A stretch of 64,000 nt of DNA, taken from assembly GCA_963811675.1 (NCBI GenBank), contig CAWESH010000004.1, positions 99,976-163,975 of the forward strand. The letters run 5' to 3'. Both the position numbers and the translations under genes were made by a program. The notes under the pieces were generated by a model that was given only the letters and a program-made list of their open reading frames with translations, was not told the origin of the DNA and did not search any database. The stretch is from an uncultured Actinomycetes bacterium (lineage in GTDB: Bacteria > Actinomycetota > Thermoleophilia > Gaiellales > JAICJC01). Shown piece by piece: positions 22,253 to 32,577 of the stretch. Position 1 is the stretch's first letter. Each line of letters opens with the position of its first letter.

Positions 22253-23471
22253 GGGCGACCGCCCGCTGGGGTGGCGCCGACAGCGCCTGGCCGAGATCGT
22301 CACCCGCGCGGACGCGGATCACCGCCACCCCGGAGGAGCTCAGGCGCAGTGCCGCCGACTCGGCCGATGTGACCATGCCTCCCGCGCCGAATGTGGCCGC
22401 ATCGACCCACACCACCGCGACGTCGCGCCGTGCCCCGGCCAGCTGTAGCAGCCGCTCCGCCAAGGCCGGTGACATGACCGATGTGACCACGTACACGCGG
22501 GCGGCGTCGACTGCGTCGCCGCCGCTGATGGCGTCTCCCAGGGTGACGTGCATCGGCCGTGTGGCGGTTGCCTTGACGACGGCCAGTGCGGCCATGGCGG
22601 TGCCGAGGTCGTCGGAACCCGTGCCCAGTCGCACTCTCAGCCGATCGCTGCCCTGGATCACCAGCGAGCAGCGCTGACCGCCCTCGGCCAGCCGGTGCAG
22701 CACCGATGCGGCGGCCCGCACCTGAACGTCGAAGCTGGTGTTGCCAAGCCGGCCAACCTGGCCGGCCGCGTCGGCGTCGAGCAGTACCGCTGCCTCGTCT
22801 CGCGGGGAATCCTCGAGCTCCTTGACCATCAGCCGCCGGCGGCGTGCGGTTGACCGCCAGTGCACTCGTCTCAGGCTCTCGCCGTGCTGGTAGTCGCGGA
22901 TCGAATGCAGGTCATACCCAGAAGTTCGGTGCAGCAGCATCCGAGCGGCATCCCCCCCGCCCGCGCCGGCATCGGTAAACAGACTGTCAAGCTGGTACAC
23001 GCGGGGATACACCAGTACCGCGTCGGTGCGATCAACAGGGATTGCCGCGCGTGCCAGGCCGAACGGATCCGACAGCACCAGCTGCGCCTTGTGCAATCGG
23101 TAGCGGCCGCGGGGCGCAGCCTCCAGCCGGTGGTTGCCGCGCAGCCGATGGCCGACCCGCACCAGTTCGGCCGTCAGTTCGAGATCATCGCCGAGATGGT
23201 CGATCAGCGTTGCCCGGGCCGGTAGCGGACCGGCTTCGGGGCGGACTTCGAGGCCGATCACCACGGTCGTGCCTTCCACCAGCTCATGCTGGGCGAGGGT
23301 GCGCCGCATCCGCACCGGGCGGGTGAACGTGCGCACCCACACCAACGCCACCAGCGGCGCCACCATCAGCCCGACCGCGATCGGGAACATCACGTCCGTG
23401 CCGAACCCCCAGGCGGCCAGGTACAGCCCGATGGCCGCCACCAGGGTGCGCTTACCGGTGCGAGTCAGCAC
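22245..23471 (-). CDS. DUF58 domain protein (MoxR-associated, vWA-like)
   Basis: Intact 408-aa ORF with two N-terminal TM helices. DYQHGESLRRVHWRSTARRRRLMVKE is the DUF58 signature. Confidence 0.8.
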   Translation of the reverse strand: MLTRTGKRTLVAAIGLYLAAWGFGTDVMFPIAVGLMVAPLVALVWVRTFTRPVRMRRTLAQHELVEGTTVVIGLEVRPEAGPLPARATLIDHLGDDLELTAELVRVGHRLRGNHRLEAAPRGRYRLHKAQLVLSDPFGLARAAIPVDRTDAVLVYPRVYQLDSLFTDAGAGGGDAARMLLHRTSGYDLHSIRDYQHGESLRRVHWRSTARRRRLMVKELEDSPRDEAAVLLDADAAGQVGRLGNTSFDVQVRAAASVLHRLAEGGQRCSLVIQGSDRLRVRLGTGSDDLGTAMAALAVVKATATRPMHVTLGDAISGGDAVDAARVYVVTSVMSPALAERLLQLAGARRDVAVVWVDAATFGAGGMVTSAESAALRLSSSGVAVIRVRAGDDLGQALSAPPQRAVAHA

Positions 23472-23481
23472 GTCGCGAGGC

Positions 23482-24459
23482 TCATACCGGCACCGGTGTG
23501 CGGTCGACCGCCTCCAGCACGATGTCCGCCGCCACCACCCCGGCCGTGCGCGACTCGGCCGCCAGGATCACACGGTGGGAGAGCACGTCGACGGCCACGT
23601 CCTTGACGTCGGAGGGAATCACGTAGTCGCGTCCCCGCAGCGCCGCGTAGGCCTTGGCCACCCGCAGCAGCGAGATGCCGGCGCGGGGGCTGGCGCCCAG
23701 CGCAAGCCGAGCGTCACCGCGGGTGTGGCGCAGGATGGCCACCACGTAGCGATGCAGACTGTCCTCCACGAAGACGTCCTTCACGGCGGCGATGGCGGCC
23801 TCGATCTCAGGGGCGGTGGTGACCGCCTCCAACGCCTCCAGCGGCTCACCGGCAGCGTGCTCGGAGAGCATCGTGGCCTCCTCCGCGGGGCCGGGATATC
23901 CCAGCGTCAGAAGCATGGTGAAACGGTCGAGCTGGGCTTCGGGCAGTGGGAACGTGCCCTCGTACTCGATCGGGTTTTGGGTGGCGATCACCATGAACGG
24001 ACGGGCCAGCGGATGGGTGTGGCCGTCCACCGTCACCTGCGCCTCCTGCATGCACTCCAAAAGCGCCGACTGGGTCTTGGGTGACGCGCGATTGATCTCG
24101 TCGACCAGCACCAGGTTTGCGAATACCGGGCCGGGTTTGAACTCAAACTCATCGCCCTGGAGGTTGAAGACGCTCACGCCGGTGATATCCGACGGCAGCA
24201 GATCCGGCGTGGCCTGGACGCGGGCGAACTCGCAGTCGAGTGAGCGCGCAATCGACTTGGCCAGCATCGTCTTGCCGACTCCGGGGAAGTCCTCGATGAT
24301 GATGTGCCCCTCGCACAGGAGCGCCAGCACGCAGCGTTCCAGCAGCGCTGCGGGGGCGTGGATGACCTGCGAGACGTTCTCGATCACGCGCCGCGCGGTG
24401 TCACCGGCGGCTGTGATCGCCGCCGCCGAGCCCTCACGATTGACTTCCGGTGCATCCAC
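23482..24459 (-). CDS. MoxR-family AAA+ ATPase
   Basis: Walker A EDFPGVGKT and Walker B LVDEINRA, plus ATQNPIEYEGTFPLPEAQLDRF typical of MoxR. The start is placed at GTG 24459 with AGGAAGGA 6 nt upstream. Confidence 0.88.
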   Translation of the reverse strand: MDAPEVNREGSAAAITAAGDTARRVIENVSQVIHAPAALLERCVLALLCEGHIIIEDFPGVGKTMLAKSIARSLDCEFARVQATPDLLPSDITGVSVFNLQGDEFEFKPGPVFANLVLVDEINRASPKTQSALLECMQEAQVTVDGHTHPLARPFMVIATQNPIEYEGTFPLPEAQLDRFTMLLTLGYPGPAEEATMLSEHAAGEPLEALEAVTTAPEIEAAIAAVKDVFVEDSLHRYVVAILRHTRGDARLALGASPRAGISLLRVAKAYAALRGRDYVIPSDVKDVAVDVLSHRVILAAESRTAGVVAADIVLEAVDRTPVPV

Positions 24460-24488
24460 GATTCGTCCTTCCTGGAAGGTGTCGTCGG

Positions 24489-25692
24489 TTATACGGCCGC
24501 ACCCATGCTTCTGGATCGCGCGAGCGCGTCCCAGATTGCACAAGCACATGCCTGCTTGGAGCGCCGGCTGACGTGCTGCTCGCCGTCGGCGGTGACCAGT
24601 GTGACCTCGTTGGTGTCCACGTCAAAGCCGATGTCGCTGCGGCTGACATCGTTCATAACGATCATGTCCGCGCCCTTGCGGTCGAGCTTGGCGCGCGCTC
24701 GATCCACTCCTCCGGGGCCGTGCTCGGCCGCGAATCCGACCACCATCCGGCCAGGCCGGCGAGCCTCGCCCAGCCGTGCCAGGATGTCGGTGGTGGGTTC
24801 CAGCTCAACCGTCCAACGCTCTCCGCTCTTTGTGCGCTTGCCCTCCGCCGGCGCCACCGGGCGGTAATCGGCAACGGCCGCGGCCATCACCACGATGTCG
24901 GCCGAAGCCGCCTCGGCGAGCGTTATCTGCTCCAACTCAGACGCCGATTCGGCGTGTAACACGCGGATCGGGGCGGCGGGCGCAATCGCGCCGCCGCTAC
25001 GGATCAGCGTCACGTCTGCTCCCCGGCGGGCGGCCTCATCAGCCACCGCCGCGCCCATGCGACCGCTGGAGCGGTTGCCCAGGTAGCGGACCGCGTCGAG
25101 CGCCTCCCGCGTGCCGCCGGCGGTCACCAGCACGCGGACGCCGGCAAGACTCGAGCCGGCTTCAAGCCGATTCTGCACCGCCATCGCGATCTGGTCGGGC
25201 TCGGCCATGCGGCCGACACCGATCTCGCCCTCGGCGGTATCACCATGCTCAGGCCCGACGAACTCCACACCGCGCTGCACGAGCGTGGCACGATTCTGCT
25301 GGGAAGCGTCAGCCGTCCACATGCGGGGATTCATCGCCGGCGCCGCCACCACCGGGCCGGCAAAGGCGAGCGCGGTGGCGGTCAGCACGTTGGAGGCCTC
25401 GCCGTGGGCGAGCCGAGCCATCGTGGTGGCTGTCAGCGGGGCGATGCAGAGCAGCTCGGCCTCACCGGACGCGTCGCAGATGCGGGAAGACGGCGTCGGC
25501 GTCGTCGGTCAGAACCGTCCGGCGAGACAGCGCCGCAAACGTGGTCGGTCCGACGAACCGCCGCGATTCGGGCGTCTGAATCACCTGCACCTCGTGGCCG
25601 GACCCCACCAGCAGTCGCACCAGCTCACAGGTCTTATAGGCCGCGATGCCGCCGCACACCCCCACGATGATCATGCACGTAGTGTGCATCAA
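24489..25692 (-). CDS. coaBC: bifunctional phosphopantothenoylcysteine decarboxylase / phosphopantothenate-cysteine ligase (frame broken near 25482)
   Basis: ORF 25462..25692 is the flavoprotein N-terminus (GVCGGIAAYK). ORF 24489..25421 holds the rest of CoaC plus CoaB (NRSSGRMG, AAVADYRP). Confidence 0.88.
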
Positions 25693-25736
25693 CCCGTCGC
25701 CGGGCGCGAGTCAGATCACAGACACGCCGGCTGCGG

Positions 25737-25742
25737 TAGCGT
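25737..25742 (+). promoter_or_regulatory. -10-like hexamer TAGCGT, 6 nt upstream of the phosphoesterase ATG
   Basis: The sequence reads TAGCGT-GCGCCG-ATG with no SD. It lies in the divergent region shared with coaBC. Confidence 0.3.
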
Positions 25743-25748
25743 GCGCCG

Positions 25749-26511
25749 ATGCTGATCGCCCAGCTCACCGACCTGCACATCGCCGACGGCCCTCAGGGTG
25801 AGTTGGCGGCCTGGGGAGCAGCCCGCGCGGTCGAACGGGTCAACGCGCTGCGGCCGGCACCGGCGGCGGTGGTTATCACCGGCGACGTCACCGACGACGG
25901 TTCGCCCGGAGTCATACCGGCTGGCGGCCGCCATCCTGGCCGACTTGACCGCGCCGGTCTACGTGATTCCCGGAAATCACGACGATCGAGCCGGCCTGCG
26001 CGCCGCCTTCGGTGCGAACGGTGGCGGGGCCTATTGCCAGCAGGTGGTCGACCTGGGAACGGTGGCCGTGGTGATGTGTGACTCGGTGCTTCTGGGCACC
26101 GACGCCGGCGCGCTCGATGACGGCCGGCTGGAATGGATCGACGACCGGCTCACGGAGCTCGGCCAGACTCCCACCGTGGTTGCGATCCACCATCCCCCGA
26201 TCATGACCGGAATCGCGCTGATGGACGAGATCGGGCTGGCTGACATTCCCAGCTTCGCCGAGATGGTGGCGCGCCACGGGCATGTGCGCGGCGTGATCGC
26301 CGGCCACGTCCACCGCAGCATCACCGGACGGGTGGCGCACGCGCCGGTGGTCGTGTGCCCCAGCACGCTGGCCCAGCTGCGGCTGGATCTCAACGGCCGT
26401 GACACGCTGGCGTTCGTCGACGAGCCGCAGGCGATCGCGATCCATCGCATCGACGCGGATGGCGGGCTGGTGTCCCACATCCAGCCGACCGCGCCCTCAC
26501 ACGTGATCTAG
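25749..26511 (+). CDS. metallophosphoesterase (CpdA-like 3',5'-cyclic-nucleotide phosphodiesterase) (frame broken near 25906)
   Basis: The calcineurin-like motif series is present: QLTDLH, TGDVTDDG, PGNHD, HHPP and GHVH. ORFs 25749..26081 and 25798..26511 are colinear. The break falls in a CCC run. Confidence 0.75.
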
Positions 26512-26542
26512 GTGAATAACGGTGCCAGGCACCGTTATTCAC
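26512..26542. repeat. copy 3 of the dispersed palindrome (GTGAATAACGGTGCCAGGCACCGTTATTCAC)
   Basis: Perfect 15+1+15 inverted repeat. It lies between the phosphoesterase stop (26511) and the rpoZ stop (26547). Confidence 0.9.
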
Positions 26543-26546
26543 GCCG

Positions 26547-26780
26547 TCAGATCTGGGACTTGCCGACGATCAGCTTGCCCTCGGCGATCTCCTCGAGGGC
26601 CATCGTCAGGAAGTTCTTGGAGCGCGACTCGACCAGCGGCGGCGGGAAGTTCTCGAAGCTGCCCTCGCCCAGCTGGTGGTGGTAGTCGTTGATCTGGCGG
26701 GTACGTTTGGCCGCGGCAATCACGAGCGCATATTTCGAGTCGGCGTGCTCGAGCAAGGTGTCAATCTTCGGGTAGATCAT
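26547..26780 (-). CDS. rpoZ: DNA-directed RNA polymerase subunit omega
   Basis: The 77-aa ORF contains SKYALVIAAAKRTRQI, the RpoZ core. It lies downstream of gmk. Confidence 0.9.
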   Translation of the reverse strand: MIYPKIDTLLEHADSKYALVIAAAKRTRQINDYHHQLGEGSFENFPPPLVESRSKNFLTMALEEIAEGKLIVGKSQI

Positions 26781-27352
26781 GTTTGGCGCTCCTCGGTTGC
26801 AATCTCGGTCCGCATGATGGAGACAAGCTCCTGAGCGGCGGTGTCAGCGTCACTGTTGACGATCACGTGGTCGAACATCGATTGTGATTCAAGTTCGTGC
26901 CGCGCGATCTCAAGCCTTGATCGAATCGTCTCCGGCGAGTCGGTGTTGCGACCGGCCAGACGGCGTTCGAGCTCCTCCATGCTCGGCGGTGCAACAAAGA
27001 CGGTGACCGCATCCGGCATCTGGCGTTTGATCTCCCGCGCTCCCACGACCTCGATCTCGAGCACAACGCTCTGACCGTTCGCGAGTCGCCGTTCGACCTC
27101 GCTGCGCAGCGTGCCATAACGATTCCCTACATAGGTTACATGCTCGAGGAACTCGCCGGCGTCAACCCGAGCCTGAAACTCGGAGTCGGACAGGAAGTGG
27201 TACTCCACCCCATCCTGTTCCGACGCTCGTCGCGGCCGCGTGGTGGCAGAGGTTGCCACGGCGAACTCGGGCAGCTGCTTCAGCGCTCGGGCGATCAGCG
27301 TGCCCTTGCCGACGCCGGACGGGCCGGCGATCACGAACAGCCGAGAACTCAC
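26777..27352 (-). CDS. gmk: guanylate kinase
   Basis: The 191-aa ORF has the P-loop GPSGVGKGT and SATTRPRR...GVEYHF. Confidence 0.92.
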   Translation of the reverse strand: MSSRLFVIAGPSGVGKGTLIARALKQLPEFAVATSATTRPRRASEQDGVEYHFLSDSEFQARVDAGEFLEHVTYVGNRYGTLRSEVERRLANGQSVVLEIEVVGAREIKRQMPDAVTVFVAPPSMEELERRLAGRNTDSPETIRSRLEIARHELESQSMFDHVIVNSDADTAAQELVSIMRTEIATEERQT

Positions 27353-27371
27353 CGACCCACCGAAGCGTCGG

Positions 27372-27701
27372 TCAGTTCTGCCGGAACATGTCCAGCAGCT
27401 CGGTGCGCTGACGCTCCGAGAGACCGCCCACGGTCTTGGACTGGCTGATGCGGCATTGCGTCAACAGACGACCGACTTTGACCCGGCCCAGTCGCGGCAC
27501 CGCGACCAGCATGTCGTACACCTTGGCGGTGAGCACGTACTCGGGAGGATCTGCGATCACCTGCTCGATGCGGATTCGGCGTTCCTTGAGGTCGCGCTTC
27601 AACTGGGCGCGGGCAACGCGGATTTCGTTGGCCCGAGTGAGTGCCTCCATGCGCTGATCGAGTGAGCGGGAGGGGGCCTGGGTCAGAGTTTCGAGCATCA
27701 T
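27372..27701 (-). CDS. mihF: actinobacterial integration host factor (mIHF)
   Basis: The 109-aa ORF reads RMEALTRANEIRVARAQLKRDLK...VPRLGRVKVGRLL...SERQR and resembles MihF. It sits in the conserved mihF-gmk-rpoZ position. Confidence 0.85.
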   Translation of the reverse strand: MMLETLTQAPSRSLDQRMEALTRANEIRVARAQLKRDLKERRIRIEQVIADPPEYVLTAKVYDMLVAVPRLGRVKVGRLLTQCRISQSKTVGGLSERQRTELLDMFRQN

Positions 27702-27712
27702 CGTGATGAGCG

Positions 27713-27740
27713 ATTATACAGCCCTTAGCGCCCCGTGCAA
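27713..27740 (-). promoter_or_regulatory. sigma-70-type promoter of mihF: TTGCAC-16 nt-TATAAT, 11 nt upstream of the ATG
   Basis: The minus strand reads TTGCACGGGGCGCTAAGGGCTGTATAAT-CGCTCATCACG-ATG. The -10 is a perfect TATAAT and there is no SD. Confidence 0.5.
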
Positions 27741-27778
27741 CCGGGTGCAAACGGCTTGAATACGCCAAATCCCGGTTC

Positions 27779-27807
27779 CTAAAGCTCAAGCTCTAGTAGA
27801 GCTTTAG
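27779..27807 (-). terminator. palindrome overlapping the last 9 codons of pyrD (possible pyr-operon terminator)
   Basis: CTAAAGCTC-11 nt-GAGCTTTAG forms a 9-bp stem. An alternative inner 8+1+8 palindrome is AAGCTCTA-G-TAGAGCTT. No clear U-tract follows. Confidence 0.35.
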
Positions 27808-28728
27808 ATTCCGGGTTATGGGCTCTTCCAACAAGCTCTGACACGGTTGTCAGTTTACGTCGTGCCAGCTCGAGGGGGATCTGCCCCAGGATCTCGAGTG
27901 GCAGGAAGGGGTTTCCAAACAGCGCCGTGCCGACGCCCACAATGGTCGCCCCTGCAGCGAGATATTCGACCACGTCGGCAGTTGACGCGACGCCTCCCAT
28001 GCCCGCGACGGGAAGTCCGGTGCACTCGAAAACGCGATGAACCGCGTGCAGCCCGACCGGTTTGATCGCCGGTCCGGACAGCCCACCCCCGCCGCCGCCG
28101 AGTAAAGGTTGCAATGTCTCGCGGTCGAGGGCGATTCCGCGCAAGGTGTTCACGACCACAACACCCGCCGCCCCGCCGTCGGCAGCGGCTTCGGCGATCG
28201 CGCCGATGTCGGCCACGTTCGGGGAGAGCTTGACGAGCACCGGCAGGTCGGTCTCGCCGCGGCAACGTTCGACCAGCGCCCGGGTCTCTGCGGCGTCCGT
28301 CCCGATCGAGATGCATCCACTCTCCACGTTGGGGCAGGAGACGTTCAGCTCGATCGCCCGGACGCTCGGATTCTCAGCGATGCGGGCGACCGCCACCGCG
28401 TACTCGTGGGGCGACCACCCGCCCACGCTGACGATCAACGGCAGCCCGAGCTCGGCCAGACGCGGCAGAGTGTGGTCGCAGAAGCCCTCCACTCCGGGAT
28501 TCGCCAGGCCGATCGAGTTGATCATCCCACTGGGGGTCTCGGCGATCCGGGGCGGCGGGTTGCCCTCGCGCGGGTTGAGCGTGACCGTCTTTGACACGAA
28601 GGCACCCAGCCCGAGCGTGCCTGCAAGCAGAGCGTCCAGCGTGCCGGAGCCATTGATCAGCGGATTGTCCAGCTGGATCCCGCAGAACTCAGTAGCCAGC
28701 CCGACTGCGGAGGAGTCAGGCGAGGACA
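27779..28728 (-). CDS. pyrD: dihydroorotate dehydrogenase, class 1B catalytic subunit
   Basis: NPLINGSGT, GLANPG, NVSCPN and GGLSGPAIKP are class 1 DHODH motifs. The gene follows pyrK. The GTG start at 28728 has a GGAGG upstream and overlaps the end of pyrK. Confidence 0.9.
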
Positions 28729-29429
28729 CGGCCGGCCTCCAGCACGGGACCTTCGACGCACAACCGCTTGAGTTCTCCATCGATACGTACGGCACACCCG
28801 TAGCAGGCCCCGAACCCACACGCCATCGGGGCCTCCATCGCCAGCCGGCAGTCGGCCCCGCGCTCGGCGCACATGCGCGCCACCGCGTGGAGCATCGGGT
28901 CAGGGCCGCAGGCGTACACGGTTGCCGCGGGGTCGAGCAGGGCGGCCAGCGGCTCGGTCACCGGTGTGGGATCGAGCACCACCGTGGCAGCCGGGTCGAC
29001 CAGGGCGGCGCACACGGCGTGTGCCTCGGATCGAAATCCCAAGACGGTGGTCACCGAACTGTCGCCCCCCAACTGGAGGCGCAACCATGGCAGTACCGCC
29101 GCTCCAATGCCGCCACCGACCAGGATCGCCGGCCCGGGGGCGGGATCGAAGCCGTGTCCCAGCGGCCCCAGCATCGACACCTCAGTGGTCGCCGCCAGCG
29201 CTCGGGTACCCGCGCCTCGGACATCGAGCAGAAAGGCGAGCTCGTTTGCGTTCGCCCACGCCGGCGACAGCGCTCTGGGCAGGTACACCGTCGCGGGCTG
29301 CGGCACGGCCGTGAGCATGAAAAACTGCCCTGGCCCGCCAAGGTCGCCGCCGTCGGGCACGAGCCGCAGCAGCGTGTAGGCGCCGACTGCCTCGACGCTC
29401 GAGACCGCCAGCCTACGCGGTTGCAACAT
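28716..29429 (-). CDS. pyrK: dihydroorotate dehydrogenase electron-transfer subunit
   Basis: Translation begins [13 protein letters not shown] and ends with the Fe-S cluster motif C-x5-CYGC...C ([13 protein letters not shown]...LC). The ATG at 29429 overlaps the end of carB. Confidence 0.85.
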   Translation of the reverse strand: MLQPRRLAVSSVEAVGAYTLLRLVPDGGDLGGPGQFFMLTAVPQPATVYLPRALSPAWANANELAFLLDVRGAGTRALAATTEVSMLGPLGHGFDPAPGPAILVGGGIGAAVLPWLRLQLGGDSSVTTVLGFRSEAHAVCAALVDPAATVVLDPTPVTEPLAALLDPAATVYACGPDPMLHAVARMCAERGADCRLAMEAPMACGFGACYGCAVRIDGELKRLCVEGPVLEAGRVLA

Positions 29430-32400
29430 CCGTGACCCTGGCGTGGATGTCCTGCAGCGCCAGCGGCGTGACATCTGCGCGGGCCTGCGAGATCGCCTGC
29501 ACCGCCGCCGAGGCGCCCGCCATGGTGGTGATGCACGGGATTCCATGTGCGATCGCCGCCGCCCGGATCTCATACCCATCAACGCGCGCCCCGCGACCGG
29601 CCGGGGTGTTGATCACCAGGCTGATCTCGCGGGCAAGGATCAGATCCACCACGTTGGGCGAGCCCTCGGTCACCTTCTGCACTGTGCGCACAGGGATGCC
29701 GATGCGCTGGAGCGAGCGGGCTGTACCCGAGGTGGCGACCAGCTCGAAGCCGAGCGACTGGAGCAGTGCGCCCAGCATGGTCGATGCCGGCTTGTCGCGG
29801 TCACATACCGACAGGAACACCACACCTGATTCCGGCAGTGGTCTGCCCGCGGCCCGTTCGGCTTTCGAGAACGCTGTGGGGAAGTCGGGGCCGATGCCCA
29901 TCACCTCGCCGGTCGATCGCATCTCCGGGCCGAGGGTGGGATCGGCGCCCGAGAACCGCTGGAAGGGCAGCACTGCCGCCTTCACGCTGACGTGGTTTCC
30001 GCTCACCGGCTGCAACGTCACCTCGAGCCCCAGGGCGGCCCGGCAGGCGGCGTCCACCACGCTCTGGCCGGTTGCCTTGGAGACGAACGGCACCGTGCGT
30101 GACGCGCGGGGATTGGCCTCCAGCACGTACACATCCGGCCCCTGCACTGCGAACTGGACATTGATCAAACCGCGCACGCCCAGCGCCTGGGCGATGGCGG
30201 CGGTCTGGCGCTCGATCTCGTGCTCGACCTGCTCGCCCAGAGACAGCGTGGGGATCACACAGGTGGAGTCGCCCGAGTGCACACCCGCCTCCTCGACATG
30301 CTGCATAACCGCCGCCACGATCGTGTGTGTGCCATCGCAGACGGCGTCCACGTCGACCTCGATTGCGTCCTCCACGAAGCGGTCGATCAGAGAACCGGGC
30401 TGCACCGCGCGCGACAGCAGCGAGTCGCGGTCGTAACAGATGCGCATCTCGCGTCCCCCGAGCACGTAGGACGGGCGCACGAGCACCGGATAGCCGATGC
30501 CGTCGGCGAGATCGGCGGCGTGCTCTGCATCGCGGGCGATGCCCCAGGCCGGCGCGCGCAGGCCGAGCTCGGCCAGTACTCCTCCGAACCGCTCCCGGTC
30601 CTCAGCTATGTCGATCGCCGAGAACGGCGTTCCCAAGATCGGGACGCCGGCCTGTTCCAGTCGGCTCGCCAGCCGCAGCGGAGTCTGCCCGCCGAACATC
30701 ACCACCACGCCCACCGGCCGCTCGCGTTCGACCACTTCGAGCACATCCTCGACGGTGAGCGGCTCGAAGAACAGCCGGTCGGAGGTCTCGGCGTCGGTCG
30801 AGACCGTTTCCGGGTTGCAGTTGATCATGAGCGCGTCGTAGCCGAGTTCGCGGAAGGTCGCGACGGCCTGGACGCAGCAGTAGTCGAACTCGATTCCCTG
30901 CCCGATCCGGTTGGGTCCGGCGCCCAGGATGATCACGCTTTGCCGCTCAGGTGTCGGCAGCTCGTCCTCGACCTCGTAGGTCGAGTAGAAGTACGGAGCC
31001 TGAGCCTCGACTTCGGCAGCACACGAGTCGACGGCCTTGTACACCGGTCGCACACCTGCCGCGATGCGGGCGTCGCGCACGTCCGGCTCGCGGCTTCCGA
31101 CCAGCTCGGCGATCCGGGCATCGGCCAGCCCCAGGCGTTTCAGCACCAGCCAGCGGGCGGGTGAGATGTCACTCAGCGCGGTGCCGGTGAGTTCGCGCTC
31201 AGCGTCTGCGATCGTCGACCACTCGTCCACGAACCAGCGGTGCACCGACGACTCGTCTGCCAGCGCCTCGGCCGACTCTCCGGCCAGCAGTCGCCCCTGG
31301 ATGCGGTCGAACCGATCCCACTCGCCCGCGTCCACCGGGCCCTCGCGACGGGGCTTTTGATCGAGTTCCCGGGAGCGCATGGCCTTGCCCCAGGCCTCGG
31401 CGAAGGTGCGTCCGATCCCCATCGCCTCACCCACCGACTTCATCTGGGTGGTGAGGTGCATGTCGGCCCCGGGGAACTTTTCGAAGGCGAACCGGGGCAG
31501 CTTCACCACCGCGTAGTCGAGCGTGGGCTCAAACGCGGCCGGCGTGGTTTTGGTGATGTCGTTTGGGATTTCATCGAGCGTGTATCCGACCGCCAGCTTG
31601 GTGGCGACCTTTGCGATCGGGTAGCCGGTGGCCTTCGAGGCCAGCGCAGAGGAGCGTGACACGCGCGGATTCATCTCGATCACGACCAGCTCACCGGTTT
31701 CGCGGTTGAGTGCGAACTGCACGTTCGAACCGCCGGTCTCGACGCCCACTGCCCGAATCACGGTGGCCGATGCGTCACGCAGCGTCTGGTACTCGCGGTC
31801 GGTCAGCGTCTGCGCGGGCGCGACGGTGGCCGAGTCGCCGGTGTGGACACCCATGGGATCGATGTTCTCAATCGAGCAGATGATCACCACGTTGTCGTTT
31901 CGGTCGCGGATCACCTCCAGCTCGAACTCGCCCCAGCCCGCCACCGAGCGCTCCAGCAGCACCTGGGAGATCGGACTCTCGCGGACTCCGCGGGTGACCG
32001 CATCGTCGAGCTCCTGCGGCGTGGTGGCAAAGCCGCCGCCGTGGCCCCCGAGCGTAAATGCCGGGCGAATCACGACCGGCAGTTGCAGCGCTCCCGAGGC
32101 GAGCGCGGTGCGTGCTTCGTCCACCGATGTCGCGATCACGCTGGCGGGTACGTTGAGGCCCACCGAGGCCATCGTCTCGGCGAAGATCTCGCGGTCCTCG
32201 GCGCATTGGATGGCCTTGTAGGACGCCCCGATCAGCTCGATCCCGAGCTCCTCGAGCACCCCGGCCTCCTCCAGCTGGGATGCGAGGTTGAGAGCGGTCT
32301 GACCGCCCAGTGTGGGCAGCAGCGCGTCGGGTCGTTCCCGTTCGAGCACCGAGCGCACCCCGTCCAGGTCGAGCGGCTCCAGGTAGGTGCGGTCGGCCCA

Positions 32401-32577
32401 GCCCGGGTCGGTCATGATCGTGGCCGGGTTGGAGTTGATCAAGACCGTGCGGTAGCCCTCGTCGCGCAGCACCCGCAGCGCCTGGGTGCCGGAGTAGTCG
32501 AACTCGCAGGCCTGACCGATCACGATCGGCCCGGAGCCGATCAGCGCGATTGTCTCGATGTCGTCGCGCCTAGGCAA
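29413..32577 (-). CDS. carB: carbamoyl-phosphate synthase large subunit
   Basis: About 1054 aa, uninterrupted, with duplicated ATP-grasp halves ([18 protein letters not shown] and [18 protein letters not shown]). The start is TTG 32577 ([10 protein letters not shown]), overlapping the carA stop. Confidence 0.95.
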   Translation of the reverse strand: MPRRDDIETIALIGSGPIVIGQACEFDYSGTQALRVLRDEGYRTVLINSNPATIMTDPGWADRTYLEPLDLDGVRSVLERERPDALLPTLGGQTALNLASQLEEAGVLEELGIELIGASYKAIQCAEDREIFAETMASVGLNVPASVIATSVDEARTALASGALQLPVVIRPAFTLGGHGGGFATTPQELDDAVTRGVRESPISQVLLERSVAGWGEFELEVIRDRNDNVVIICSIENIDPMGVHTGDSATVAPAQTLTDREYQTLRDASATVIRAVGVETGGSNVQFALNRETGELVVIEMNPRVSRSSALASKATGYPIAKVATKLAVGYTLDEIPNDITKTTPAAFEPTLDYAVVKLPRFAFEKFPGADMHLTTQMKSVGEAMGIGRTFAEAWGKAMRSRELDQKPRREGPVDAGEWDRFDRIQGRLLAGESAEALADESSVHRWFVDEWSTIADAERELTGTALSDISPARWLVLKRLGLADARIAELVGSREPDVRDARIAAGVRPVYKAVDSCAAEVEAQAPYFYSTYEVEDELPTPERQSVIILGAGPNRIGQGIEFDYCCVQAVATFRELGYDALMINCNPETVSTDAETSDRLFFEPLTVEDVLEVVERERPVGVVVMFGGQTPLRLASRLEQAGVPILGTPFSAIDIAEDRERFGGVLAELGLRAPAWGIARDAEHAADLADGIGYPVLVRPSYVLGGREMRICYDRDSLLSRAVQPGSLIDRFVEDAIEVDVDAVCDGTHTIVAAVMQHVEEAGVHSGDSTCVIPTLSLGEQVEHEIERQTAAIAQALGVRGLINVQFAVQGPDVYVLEANPRASRTVPFVSKATGQSVVDAACRAALGLEVTLQPVSGNHVSVKAAVLPFQRFSGADPTLGPEMRSTGEVMGIGPDFPTAFSKAERAAGRPLPESGVVFLSVCDRDKPASTMLGALLQSLGFELVATSGTARSLQRIGIPVRTVQKVTEGSPNVVDLILAREISLVINTPAGRGARVDGYEIRAAAIAHGIPCITTMAGASAAVQAISQARADVTPLALQDIHARVTDVATA

